Shown here: in pieces, positions 31,495-42,773 of the stretch | How positions within the stretch are numbered: position 1 is the stretch's first letter | Layout: each line of letters starts with the position of its first letter | From: Diplonema japonicum | Taxonomy: Eukaryota; Protista; Euglenozoa: Diplonemea | DNA: 64,000 nucleotides | Direction: 5' to 3' | Assembly (NCBI GenBank): GCA_964019335.1 | Contig: OZ025688.1 | Location: forward strand, 434,001 to 498,000 | Translations under genes and position numbers: made by a program | The notes under the pieces: model-generated | Database searches by the model: none | What the model was told of the DNA's origin: nothing | What the model saw: the letters and a program-made list of their open reading frames with translations, nothing else

Positions 31495-34332
31495 ATGAAG
31501 CTATTGCTCCTTGTTTGCATCATAGCCCTCACCGAAGGGCGTCGCCCTCCAACTCTGTGGAAGCTTGAGAAGCCCTGCTGGAACGAGAAGAAGTGCAGGA
31601 ACTGCGATGGGAGGTGCGTGAAGGAGGAGAAGGTGCAGTGCCTGAGGGACCCCTGCGAGGACTCGCCTTGCGGTGACGAGGAGATGTGCGTTGCGAACTA
31701 TTGTGGGGAGTGCAGCGCTTGCTGCCTGGAGCCGAAGGAGTGCAACAAGCAGTCGAGGGTGTGCGAGGACGGGAGCGAGGTCTTCAGGGACCCCTTCAAC
31801 AACTGCAGGTTCCCGGAGTGCCCGGAACCGGTGATCTGCACCACCGACGTGTTCGAGTGCGCTGACGGGACGTACCTGTCGAGGGGCGGACCGAACTGCG
31901 AGTTCCCCGAGTGCCCTGTGAAGATCCCCGCCTGCGCCCCGAAGGGGACGACCCTTTACCACGATGCGAAAACCTGTCAGATCGTCAACTTCTTTTGCGA
32001 GGAAGGGTTCGAGCACTGGAGCAACCCGTTCTGTGGTTGTGGTTGCAAGCCGAAGGCGGTGGTGGAGGAGGGCTGCCCCAAGGGCCAGTGCGCCGACTGC
32101 GACGGGAAGTGCATCGACCAGGTGTTCTGCATCCACAACCCTTGCTTGACGGACAACGGCGGGTGTGCTGCTGACGAGGAGTGCGTGGGTTCGTGCGGGT
32201 GCTTCAAGTGCGGGTGCAAGAAGAGGGTGTGCACCGAGGACGCCTTCATCTGCCCCGACGGGACCTCTCTGTCGAGGGACCCCGCCAACAACTGCGAGTT
32301 CCCGAAATGCCCCGTTCCCGCCTGCGCCCCGGAGGGCGCGACCTTCATGGGGGACCACAAGACCTGCATGGTGATCGATTTTGTTTGCGAAGATGGGTTC
32401 GAACACTGGAACGACGTGAAGTGTGGCTGTGGTTGCAAGCCGAAGAAGGAGGTCTGCCCCAAGGGTCAGTGCGCCGACTGCGAAGGGAAGTGTGTCGACC
32501 AGGTGTTCTGCATCCACAACCCTTGCTTGACGGACAACGGCGGGTGTGCTGCTGACGAGGAGTGCGTGGGTTCGTGCGGGTGCTTCAAGTGCGGGTGCAA
32601 GAAGAGGGTGTGCACCAAGGACGCCTTCATCTGCCCCGACGGGACCTCTCTGTCGAGGGACCCCGCCAACAACTGCGAGTTCCCTGAGTGCCCCACGAGG
32701 GTCTGCACCCAGGAGGTGAAGACCTGTCCCGATGGATCGTTCGTCTCCAGGGACTCGAAGAACGGCTGCGCCTTCCCCGAGTGCCCTCCTGTCCCCGCCT
32801 GTGTCCCGAAGGGCTACACCTTCAAGGGTGTCCCCGAGATTTGCAAGAGGATGAAGTACGCTTGCCCCAAGGGGATGGTTCACTGGAGCGACGAGAAGTG
32901 TGGCTGTGGCTGCAAGCCGGAACCGGTGATCTGCACCACCGACGTGTTCGAGTGCGCTGACGGGACGTACCTGTCGAGGGGCGGACCGAACTGCGAGTTC
33001 CCCGAGTGCCCTGTGAAGATCCCCGCCTGCGCCCCGAAGGGGACGACCGCTTTCTTTGCACCCAAAACCTGTCAGATAATCAACTTCTTTTGCGAGGAAG
33101 GGTTCGAGTACTGGGGCAACCCGGACTGTGGTTGTGGTTGCAAGCCGAAGGCGGTGGTGGAGGAGGGCTGCCCCGAGGGCCAGTGCGCCGACTGCGAAGG
33201 GAAGTGCATCGACCAGGTGTTCTGCATCCACAACCCTTGCTTGACGGACAACGGCGGGTGTGCTGCTGACGAGGAGTGCGTGGGTTCGTGCGCGTGCTTC
33301 AAGTGCGGGTGCAAGAAGAGGGTGTGCACCGAGGACGCCTTCATCTGCCCCGACGGGACCTCTCTGTCGAGGGACCCCGCCAACAAGTGTGAGTTCCCCG
33401 AGTGCCCCACGAGGGTCTGCACCCAGGAGGTGAAGACCTGTCCCGATGGATCGTTCGTCTCCAGGGACTCGAAGAACGGCTGCGCCTTCCCCGAGTGCCC
33501 CACGAGGGTCTGCACTCAGGAAGTGAAGACCTGTCCCGATGGATCGTTCGTTTCTAGGGACTCGAAGAACGGCTGTGCCTTCCGCGAGTGCCCCACGAGG
33601 GTCTGCACCCAGGAAGTGAAGACCTGTCCCGATGGATCGTTCGTTTCTAGGGACTCGACAAGGGGCTGCACCTTCCCCGAGTGCCCTGTCCCCAAGTGTG
33701 TGTCGAAGGGCCACACCTTCGTCGGGACCCCTGAGAGCGACAAGTGCCAGACAAGGAAGTACAACTGCGACATCGGGATGGAGCGCTGGAGCGACGCCGA
33801 GTGCGGCTGCGGTTGCAGGCCGAACTCTTGCCCCGATGGCGAGTGCATGGGATGCGACGGGAAGTGCGCGCCAAGAATCTTCTGCAAGGCGAACCCCTGC
33901 TCGCTCCCCACCGGGATGTGCGCGAACCCTGACGAGGAGTGTGTGACGGACGGCTGTGGCTGCACGAAGTGCGGGTGCGAGAAGAGGGTGTGCGACAAGA
34001 CGACCCACATCTGCCCTGATGGCACTCTCATCAACAGGGACCCCACCAACAACTGCGAGTACCCCAAGTGCCCTTCCCCTGTGTGCCCTCTGGACGCGAA
34101 GCTCTGCCCCAACGGGAAGTACGTGTCTAGAAACCCGAAGAACAACTGCGAGTTCGACCCGTGCGTGGGCGATGCCTGCACGGGCTGCAACAAGTGGCTG
34201 AAGTGTGCTTCGCTGGACTGCCCCAAGGCCCCTGGGAGCTGCTTCGGGTGCTGCCAGAAGTGCGTGATCGGGAACGACGGGACCTGCACTGGGGTGACCC
34301 CTGTGGAGGCCTGCCCGGTGAACACTCATTGA
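31495..34332 (+). CDS. Secreted cysteine-rich repeat protein, copy 3
   Basis: Same translation as copy 1. Confidence 0.9.
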   Translation: MKLLLLVCIIALTEGRRPPTLWKLEKPCWNEKKCRNCDGRCVKEEKVQCLRDPCEDSPCGDEEMCVANYCGECSACCLEPKECNKQSRVCEDGSEVFRDPFNNCRFPECPEPVICTTDVFECADGTYLSRGGPNCEFPECPVKIPACAPKGTTLYHDAKTCQIVNFFCEEGFEHWSNPFCGCGCKPKAVVEEGCPKGQCADCDGKCIDQVFCIHNPCLTDNGGCAADEECVGSCGCFKCGCKKRVCTEDAFICPDGTSLSRDPANNCEFPKCPVPACAPEGATFMGDHKTCMVIDFVCEDGFEHWNDVKCGCGCKPKKEVCPKGQCADCEGKCVDQVFCIHNPCLTDNGGCAADEECVGSCGCFKCGCKKRVCTKDAFICPDGTSLSRDPANNCEFPECPTRVCTQEVKTCPDGSFVSRDSKNGCAFPECPPVPACVPKGYTFKGVPEICKRMKYACPKGMVHWSDEKCGCGCKPEPVICTTDVFECADGTYLSRGGPNCEFPECPVKIPACAPKGTTAFFAPKTCQIINFFCEEGFEYWGNPDCGCGCKPKAVVEEGCPEGQCADCEGKCIDQVFCIHNPCLTDNGGCAADEECVGSCACFKCGCKKRVCTEDAFICPDGTSLSRDPANKCEFPECPTRVCTQEVKTCPDGSFVSRDSKNGCAFPECPTRVCTQEVKTCPDGSFVSRDSKNGCAFRECPTRVCTQEVKTCPDGSFVSRDSTRGCTFPECPVPKCVSKGHTFVGTPESDKCQTRKYNCDIGMERWSDAECGCGCRPNSCPDGECMGCDGKCAPRIFCKANPCSLPTGMCANPDEECVTDGCGCTKCGCEKRVCDKTTHICPDGTLINRDPTNNCEYPKCPSPVCPLDAKLCPNGKYVSRNPKNNCEFDPCVGDACTGCNKWLKCASLDCPKAPGSCFGCCQKCVIGNDGTCTGVTPVEACPVNTH

Positions 34333-35731
34333 TCACAAAAGATTTAAAAAGGAAAAAAAAAAAAAAAAAAAAAAAAAAAAGAAGAAGAAAAAAAGAGAAC
34401 AACGCAACGGAAAAACCTGAAGGTTTTTATTATAATAATTTTTTTTTATTTTTTATTATTCTGAATAATTTTATTCGATTTTATTCACCTCCCTCCTTTT
34501 AGTATTACCTCTTTTTCTTTTTTATTTGGTAGGGCACACGCCACAACGGTGGGTCGTCGGCTTTTTACCACTTTTTCGTTCCCCCCCCCCCCCCCCCCTT
34601 TCCTATCATAGTGAATTTCCGCTTTCATTTTTCGTTTGTTTGTCTTGTGGGTCTATTTAAGACTCCCAGGCATATCAGGGGAAAAAAAGAAAGAGAAAAA
34701 AACTGAATTTATTCTAGTTTACCCAACTTGTATGAAGAAAGTACCGTTTTGCTTCTTTCTTTTCCAAATGGAACTTTTATACCGGTAAAATGTGATTACT
34801 TTTATCTTCAAAAACCAAGGGGGTTCGTTTTCGTTTTTTGCTGGCACCAGAAAAAGAAAAAAAAAAGAAATATGAGTTGAAACGGGAAACCGTTTTTTTC
34901 TGGACAGCAGCTTTTTTCTGGGCTTTTTTTTTTTTTTTTTATTCTCTCTCGAAATGAAGTTGAGAATAACCATTCCCACCTAAGAAAATAGAGAAGGAGT
35001 AAATAAAATAGAGTGCTGGCTTGTGCATGACTCCTCACTGTCACCCGGTTACAGTGGATTGACTGCAATCTTGAATGCAGTGCTCGCTTTGAGTGCAAAA
35101 CAGGTGAAGAGCCTTCCCCCCCCCCTTATCCACACTCTGATTTTATCGTAGCCACTTCATACTCTTGTTCTATTTGGGATTTTTTCTTTGCTGCCTAAAC
35201 GTACAAGCCCATTATCTCGGGGATTCTGCAGAACTGTTGTCCCTTGCACAACAGGAGAGAAAGAAAAGGACAAAGTGGGAATGATCCATTGGGTCGTGTA
35301 TCCTTCGGGTACCTACTTCCCAATGTGTGATCGGTTCTGTGGACCGCGGAGTGGAATGAAAAAGGTTCTCTCTTAATATCTTTATTTGTTGTACCTTTCT
35401 ACCGGTCCCAAAACCACCACTCATCACTTTTCCCCTTTTTTTTCATCAGTTCTCGATTATTCCCCTTTTTTTCCTTTATTCTTTTTTGTTTTTGTTTTTT
35501 CTTTTTTTTTTTTACCTCCCTTTTCTTCTCTTCGATACCCTTTCATTCACCCAGAAATATTTCAAAAGAGGTGTCGATCTCAGACCCTCAAAGGAGATAT
35601 TCTCGGGGTTTTAGGGTGCAACCTCAATTCTTTTTCAACTATTCTTTTTTTGTTTTTCTTTCAACACGCACCGCCACCTCTGTTCAGGTTAATTAGAAGA
35701 AGAAAAAAAAAAAAAAAAAAAAAAAAAGGAA

Positions 35732-38569
35732 ATGAAGCTATTGCTCCTTGTTTGCATCATAGCCCTCACCGAAGGGCGTCGCCCTCCAACTCTGTGGAAG
35801 CTTGAGAAGCCCTGCTGGAACGAGAAGAAGTGCAGGAACTGCGATGGGAGGTGCGTGAAGGAGGAGAAGGTGCAGTGCCTGAGGGACCCCTGCGAGGACT
35901 CGCCTTGCGGTGACGAGGAGATGTGCGTTGCGAACTATTGTGGGGAGTGCAGCGCTTGCTGCCTGGAGCCGAAGGAGTGCAACAAGCAGTCGAGGGTGTG
36001 CGAGGACGGGAGCGAGGTCTTCAGGGACCCCTTCAACAACTGCAGGTTCCCGGAGTGCCCGGAACCGGTGATCTGCACCACCGACGTGTTCGAGTGCGCT
36101 GACGGGACGTACCTGTCGAGGGGCGGACCGAACTGCGAGTTCCCCGAGTGCCCTGTGAAGATCCCCGCCTGCGCCCCGAAGGGGACGACCCTTTACCACG
36201 ATGCGAAAACCTGTCAGATCGTCAACTTCTTTTGCGAGGAAGGGTTCGAGCACTGGAGCAACCCGTTCTGTGGTTGTGGTTGCAAGCCGAAGGCGGTGGT
36301 GGAGGAGGGCTGCCCCAAGGGCCAGTGCGCCGACTGCGACGGGAAGTGCATCGACCAGGTGTTCTGCATCCACAACCCTTGCTTGACGGACAACGGCGGG
36401 TGTGCTGCTGACGAGGAGTGCGTGGGTTCGTGCGGGTGCTTCAAGTGCGGGTGCAAGAAGAGGGTGTGCACCGAGGACGCCTTCATCTGCCCCGACGGGA
36501 CCTCTCTGTCGAGGGACCCCGCCAACAACTGCGAGTTCCCGAAATGCCCCGTTCCCGCCTGCGCCCCGGAGGGCGCGACCTTCATGGGGGACCACAAGAC
36601 CTGCATGGTGATCGATTTTGTTTGCGAAGATGGGTTCGAACACTGGAACGACGTGAAGTGTGGCTGTGGTTGCAAGCCGAAGAAGGAGGTCTGCCCCAAG
36701 GGTCAGTGCGCCGACTGCGAAGGGAAGTGTGTCGACCAGGTGTTCTGCATCCACAACCCTTGCTTGACGGACAACGGCGGGTGTGCTGCTGACGAGGAGT
36801 GCGTGGGTTCGTGCGGGTGCTTCAAGTGCGGGTGCAAGAAGAGGGTGTGCACCAAGGACGCCTTCATCTGCCCCGACGGGACCTCTCTGTCGAGGGACCC
36901 CGCCAACAACTGCGAGTTCCCTGAGTGCCCCACGAGGGTCTGCACCCAGGAGGTGAAGACCTGTCCCGATGGATCGTTCGTCTCCAGGGACTCGAAGAAC
37001 GGCTGCGCCTTCCCCGAGTGCCCTCCTGTCCCCGCCTGTGTCCCGAAGGGCTACACCTTCAAGGGTGTCCCCGAGATTTGCAAGAGGATGAAGTACGCTT
37101 GCCCCAAGGGGATGGTTCACTGGAGCGACGAGAAGTGTGGCTGTGGCTGCAAGCCGGAACCGGTGATCTGCACCACCGACGTGTTCGAGTGCGCTGACGG
37201 GACGTACCTGTCGAGGGGCGGACCGAACTGCGAGTTCCCCGAGTGCCCTGTGAAGATCCCCGCCTGCGCCCCGAAGGGGACGACCGCTTTCTTTGCACCC
37301 AAAACCTGTCAGATAATCAACTTCTTTTGCGAGGAAGGGTTCGAGTACTGGGGCAACCCGGACTGTGGTTGTGGTTGCAAGCCGAAGGCGGTGGTGGAGG
37401 AGGGCTGCCCCGAGGGCCAGTGCGCCGACTGCGAAGGGAAGTGCATCGACCAGGTGTTCTGCATCCACAACCCTTGCTTGACGGACAACGGCGGGTGTGC
37501 TGCTGACGAGGAGTGCGTGGGTTCGTGCGCGTGCTTCAAGTGCGGGTGCAAGAAGAGGGTGTGCACCGAGGACGCCTTCATCTGCCCCGACGGGACCTCT
37601 CTGTCGAGGGACCCCGCCAACAAGTGTGAGTTCCCCGAGTGCCCCACGAGGGTCTGCACCCAGGAGGTGAAGACCTGTCCCGATGGATCGTTCGTCTCCA
37701 GGGACTCGAAGAACGGCTGCGCCTTCCCCGAGTGCCCCACGAGGGTCTGCACTCAGGAAGTGAAGACCTGTCCCGATGGATCGTTCGTTTCTAGGGACTC
37801 GAAGAACGGCTGTGCCTTCCGCGAGTGCCCCACGAGGGTCTGCACCCAGGAAGTGAAGACCTGTCCCGATGGATCGTTCGTTTCTAGGGACTCGACAAGG
37901 GGCTGCACCTTCCCCGAGTGCCCTGTCCCCAAGTGTGTGTCGAAGGGCCACACCTTCGTCGGGACCCCTGAGAGCGACAAGTGCCAGACAAGGAAGTACA
38001 ACTGCGACATCGGGATGGAGCGCTGGAGCGACGCCGAGTGCGGCTGCGGTTGCAGGCCGAACTCTTGCCCCGATGGCGAGTGCATGGGATGCGACGGGAA
38101 GTGCGCGCCAAGAATCTTCTGCAAGGCGAACCCCTGCTCGCTCCCCACCGGGATGTGCGCGAACCCTGACGAGGAGTGTGTGACGGACGGCTGTGGCTGC
38201 ACGAAGTGCGGGTGCGAGAAGAGGGTGTGCGACAAGACGACCCACATCTGCCCTGATGGCACTCTCATCAACAGGGACCCCACCAACAACTGCGAGTACC
38301 CCAAGTGCCCTTCCCCTGTGTGCCCTCTGGACGCGAAGCTCTGCCCCAACGGGAAGTACGTGTCTAGAAACCCGAAGAACAACTGCGAGTTCGACCCGTG
38401 CGTGGGCGATGCCTGCACGGGCTGCAACAAGTGGCTGAAGTGTGCTTCGCTGGACTGCCCCAAGGCCCCTGGGAGCTGCTTCGGGTGCTGCCAGAAGTGC
38501 GTGATCGGGAACGACGGGACCTGCACTGGGGTGACCCCTGTGGAGGCCTGCCCGGTGAACACTCATTGA
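35732..38569 (+). CDS. Secreted cysteine-rich repeat protein, copy 4
   Basis: Same translation as copy 1. Confidence 0.9.
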   Translation: MKLLLLVCIIALTEGRRPPTLWKLEKPCWNEKKCRNCDGRCVKEEKVQCLRDPCEDSPCGDEEMCVANYCGECSACCLEPKECNKQSRVCEDGSEVFRDPFNNCRFPECPEPVICTTDVFECADGTYLSRGGPNCEFPECPVKIPACAPKGTTLYHDAKTCQIVNFFCEEGFEHWSNPFCGCGCKPKAVVEEGCPKGQCADCDGKCIDQVFCIHNPCLTDNGGCAADEECVGSCGCFKCGCKKRVCTEDAFICPDGTSLSRDPANNCEFPKCPVPACAPEGATFMGDHKTCMVIDFVCEDGFEHWNDVKCGCGCKPKKEVCPKGQCADCEGKCVDQVFCIHNPCLTDNGGCAADEECVGSCGCFKCGCKKRVCTKDAFICPDGTSLSRDPANNCEFPECPTRVCTQEVKTCPDGSFVSRDSKNGCAFPECPPVPACVPKGYTFKGVPEICKRMKYACPKGMVHWSDEKCGCGCKPEPVICTTDVFECADGTYLSRGGPNCEFPECPVKIPACAPKGTTAFFAPKTCQIINFFCEEGFEYWGNPDCGCGCKPKAVVEEGCPEGQCADCEGKCIDQVFCIHNPCLTDNGGCAADEECVGSCACFKCGCKKRVCTEDAFICPDGTSLSRDPANKCEFPECPTRVCTQEVKTCPDGSFVSRDSKNGCAFPECPTRVCTQEVKTCPDGSFVSRDSKNGCAFRECPTRVCTQEVKTCPDGSFVSRDSTRGCTFPECPVPKCVSKGHTFVGTPESDKCQTRKYNCDIGMERWSDAECGCGCRPNSCPDGECMGCDGKCAPRIFCKANPCSLPTGMCANPDEECVTDGCGCTKCGCEKRVCDKTTHICPDGTLINRDPTNNCEYPKCPSPVCPLDAKLCPNGKYVSRNPKNNCEFDPCVGDACTGCNKWLKCASLDCPKAPGSCFGCCQKCVIGNDGTCTGVTPVEACPVNTH

Positions 38570-38589
38570 TCACAAAAGATTTAAAAAGG

Positions 38590-38620
<31 letters not shown>

Positions 38621-39959
38621 AGAAGAAAAAAAGAGAACAACGCAACGGAAAAACCTGAAGGTTTTTATTATAATAATTTTTTTTTATTTTTTATTATTCT
38701 GAATAATTTTATTCGATTTTATTCACCTCCCTCCTTTTAGTATTACCTCTTTTTCTTTTTTATTTGGTAGGGCACACGCCACAACGGTGGGTCGTCGGCT
38801 TTTTACCACTTTTTCGTTCCCCCCCCCCCCCCCCCTTTCCTATCATAGTGAATTTCCGCTTTCATTTTTCGTTTGTTTGTCTTGTGGGTCTATTTAAGAC
38901 TCCCAGGCATATCAGGGGAAAAAAAGAAAGAGAAAAAAACTGAATTTATTCTAGTTTACCCAACTTGTATGAAGAAAGTACCGTTTTGCTTCTTTCTTTT
39001 CCAAATGGAACTTTTATACCGGTAAAATGTGATTACTTTTATCTTCAAAAACCAAGGGGGTTCGTTTTCGTTTTTTGCTGGCACCAGAAAAAGAAAAAAA
39101 AAAGAAATATGAGTTGAAACGGGAAACCGTTTTTTTCTGGACAGCAGCTTTTTTCTGGGCTTTTTTTTTTTTTTTTTATTCTCTCTCGAAATGAAGTTGA
39201 GAATAACCATTCCCACCTAAGAAAATAGAGAAGGAGTAAATAAAATAGAGTGCTGGCTTGTGCATGACTCCTCACTGTCACCCGGTTACAGTGGATTGAC
39301 TGCAATCTTGAATGCAGTGCTCGCTTTGAGTGCAAAACAGGTGAAGAGCCTTCCCCCCCCCCTTATCCACACTCTGATTTTATCGTAGCCACTTCATACT
39401 CTTGTTCTATTTGGGATTTTTTCTTTGCTGCCTAAACGTACAAGCCCATTATCTCGGGGATTCTGCAGAACTGTTGTCCCTTGCACAACAGGAGAGAAAG
39501 AAAAGGACAAAGTGGGAATGATCCATTGGGTCGTGTATCCTTCGGGTACCTACTTCCCAATGTGTGATCGGTTCTGTGGACCGCGGAGTGGAATGAAAAA
39601 GGTTCTCTCTTAATATCTTTATTTGTTGTACCTTTCTACCGGTCCCAAAACCACCACTCATCACTTTTCCCCTTTTTTTTCATCAGTTCTCGATTATTCC
39701 CCTTTTTTTCCTTTATTCTTTTTTGTTTTTGTTTTTTCTTTTTTTTTTTTACCTCCCTTTTCTTCTCTTCGATACCCTTTCATTCACCCAGAAATATTTC
39801 AAAAGAGGTGTCGATCTCAGACCCTCAAAGGAGATATTCTCGGGGTTTTAGGGTGCAACCTCAATTCTTTTTTTTTTTTTCCTTCTTCCATAATTTTTTT
39901 TTTCTTACCAAACAATTTTATTAACGAGAGAAAAAAAAAAAAAAAAGAAAAAAAAGAAA

Positions 39960-40721
39960 ATGGACAACGGCAAGACTGAGACAAAAATAACAGAAGATGA
40001 AGACTGCGAAATGTCAGAATTCAAAAGGGACAGCACAGTGCTGTTGGAGGAAGAGGAAGAACAGGGCGGAACGGTAGTGGAGGCGGTAGAAGAGATGGAG
40101 GTCGAGGTAGAAGTCGAAGGCCACAGAGGCATGACCGCCGAGGAAAGAAAAAACAGAAGACACACCCTGGACAAATCCATAATGATGTGCTGGTTCTGCG
40201 TCATAATAGGCATAATCCTAGTAGTACTCGGAAGCTGGGTATATGAACTCGAAGAGGTCGAACTGTACACCGATTTTTTGAAAGCTGAATGCAAAATTGT
40301 ATCAGGCGGTGTCTTAAATGCGGTGTGCAAGAAAGCAGACTGTGTGCAGGGGATGGACTCATCTGAGAATCCCGATGACGTGCCTTGCTCTGAATACGGT
40401 TTTGAAGGGGAGCAGGTAGTGTGGTTCTCTGAGGTCCTGCACAGATATCCTCCTATAAGCACTACTCTATATGGTGATTGCTTTAAGGTGAAGGATGATG
40501 CACTTGCACGAAAAGAGGAGATGCATCACCTGAACACAACACTGACCTGTTATTACAATAGTGTGCTTAATATTGCTAGCACGATGCCGCCAGCGTTGGA
40601 GTCAACTCCTGTGTCCAGAGAGAAAGCGGTCGTTGCGCTTGTTTCAGGTTCACTTCTCATTGTGGTGGGGCTTGTTATCTATTGCTTTACTTCAACCAGA
40701 TTGAGAATCATAAGAAAATAA
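39960..40721 (+). CDS. Two-TM protein with Cys-containing loop (topology like BK-channel beta subunits)
   Basis: Acidic N-terminus, TM1 IMMCWFCVIIGIILVVLGSW, loop with about 6 Cys and TLTCYYN, TM2 AVVALVSGSLLIVVGLVIYCF. Confidence 0.7.
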   Translation: MDNGKTETKITEDEDCEMSEFKRDSTVLLEEEEEQGGTVVEAVEEMEVEVEVEGHRGMTAEERKNRRHTLDKSIMMCWFCVIIGIILVVLGSWVYELEEVELYTDFLKAECKIVSGGVLNAVCKKADCVQGMDSSENPDDVPCSEYGFEGEQVVWFSEVLHRYPPISTTLYGDCFKVKDDALARKEEMHHLNTTLTCYYNSVLNIASTMPPALESTPVSREKAVVALVSGSLLIVVGLVIYCFTSTRLRIIRK

Positions 40722-41488
40722 TATTTTTTTTTGTACTTTTTTTATTTTTTGCGTTCACCCATTTATTTAAATTTATTTTTCACCCAGTTTGATCTTGGTT
40801 CATTTTTTTTTTTTTTTTTGTTCTTACTGCGGCAGGTGATTTTTTTATTTCTCCTCAAATTTTTTCCTTTTTTTTTTTTTTTTTTTTTTTTTTTGGAAAG
40901 CTGTTTTTTTTTTCTTTCTTTTACATGAACGAGTCTTTTGACTTGTTTCAACAAAAGAGGAACGTGGGGAAACATGATTCCGAGTTATAAACTTATTCAG
41001 GTTTTCTACAAATTCCTCTTTCTTTCTGTTTTTTTTATAAAAAGTTGCTATAAACATAAACTTAAAGGAGGGATTGGGGGGGAGGACAAAGAGGAATGAA
41101 AAAATTCAATAAAGTTGCAGTGAACGGTACGTCACCCAAAAAAAAAGAAAAAAGAAGAAGGAAAAAAAAAAAGAACAGAAACTTTATCGAGGGAATGTAG
41201 AAGAAAAATATAATTTTATATTTGTCTTTCATTTTTTTTTTCTTGATTTGATTTCTTGACTTTACAAAAAAAAAAAAAAAAAAAGAAGAACAAACCATCC
41301 AATTCTCCCATTCTTCTTTTTTTTCCCTTACTTTTCTTTCTTTTTTCTATTAGTACCAATTCACCCCCCCTTTTTTTACACAACTTTTTTTTCTCTCTTC
41401 TCTCTCCCCCCCCGATTATATTTCTTTTTTTACATCTACACAAAAAAAAAAGAAATAAAGCAAACAATAAGGCAGCACAAAAAAGAAA

Positions 41489-42506
41489 ATGGTAAAAGCA
41501 GGCAGACATGACCCGAACAACAAAGCTTGGTCAGAGAATAAATCAAGATTTGGGTTCAGAATGATGCAAAAAATGGGTTGGCAAGAAGGCAAAGGGCTGG
41601 GAGCGAATGAAGATGGTACCACCGAGCACGTGAAAGTGAAGACAAAAGAAGATAATTCGGGTTTAGGCACAGGGCTCGACGTCAGCAGCTGGAAGGGAAA
41701 CACCTTCAAATTCGAAGATACCTTGGCCCGGCTCCACGAACAAGGAAGGGCAAAAACCAAAAAATCACCGTCAAAAAGATCGAGTTCTGTTGCATCAGAC
41801 GACAGTTCCAGCGCTGGCCATACCCCTGGGGTGTACGTACCGTCAAGCCCGAAAACAGGCGCTGCACCCTTAGTCGCCACACGCAGGATGTACAATAGAA
41901 AATTGGTTCGTGCGAAGCAAGAGTTCAAAAAGGACGAGGAGGGCAAGCTCAAAATCGTCGGGAAAATCAAAACCGAAAAAGACAAAAAGAAGGAAAAAAG
42001 AAAGAAGGAAGCGGAGGAGCTGAAAATAATAGAAGATAACCTCACGGAGATGCAAAACAGCTCAAGCCTCTCCATGGCTGATTACTTTGCCACAAAGGTA
42101 TGGGAGAAGGGAAAAAAAAAAAGAAAAAAAACAGGCCGTATCGTCTGGAAAGGGTATTGCCACTGTTACTGAGCATGTGACATTCGCGTCATGGAACGCG
42201 GGGAAATCGGAGCTGGCACCATCGGAGATAAAACTTCTCGAAAAGTCCGAAAAAGAGAAAAAGAAGAAGAAGCGGGTGCGCAGCGTGTCGCGGTCGCCTC
42301 GAGTCACCCCCCGCCTCTCCCCTAAGAAACGGGCTAAAAAAGAGAGAAAAGAAGAAAAAGAAGAAGAGAAGGAGCCCATCGTCGTTGTCGTCCCCTCCCC
42401 GCGTCTGTCGCCCCGACACCCCCCTCGCGCGGCCGCTAAACGGAAAGACAAAAAAGAAAAGAAAGAGAAAAAAAGCAAAAAGGAAAAGAAAGACAAGAAG
42501 GAATAG
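41489..42506 (+). CDS. PINX1: G-patch protein PinX1/Gno1-like; join(41489..42097,42135..42506)
   Basis: DPNNKAWSENKSRFGFRMMQKMGWQEGKGLGANEDG; SMADYFATK; KKE-rich tail after a 37-nt intron. Confidence 0.85.
42098..42134 (+). other. 37-nt almost purine-only GT-AG intron
   Basis: gtatgggagaagggaaaaaaaaaaagaaaaaaaacag; joins two ORF-track frames. Confidence 0.85.
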
Positions 42507-42742
42507 ATGAGTTGAAGGGGTCTTTTTTTTTTTTTTTTTTTTTTTTTTCCCCAACCCGTTTTTTTTTTTTTTTTTTTTTTTTTTGATTTTATCACATTTT
42601 TTTTTGTCCTCCAATCACATGCCCTTACCCCCTCCGGTCACTTTTATTTAAAAAAAGAAAAGGAATCATTCTTCTTTTTTTTTTTTTTTTTTATAGCTTT
42701 TTTTCTTCTCAACCCTCCTTACCTTTTTCTTTTTTTTCAGGG

Positions 42743-42770
<28 letters not shown>

Positions 42771-42773
<3 letters not shown>

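Larger units (their letters stand above)
22950..39872 (+). repeat. Tandem array of four ~4.24-kb near-identical units (gene + spacer)
   Basis: Units start at caacacgcacc (22950, 27188, 31425, 35662). By eye they differ mainly in homopolymer length. Confidence 0.97.

Noticed and set aside
1-42506. Telomerase/ribosome-biogenesis cluster (WRAP53, SBDS, PinX1)
   Set aside because: The genes are about 20 kb apart among unrelated genes, and polycistronic units are generally not functionally grouped.
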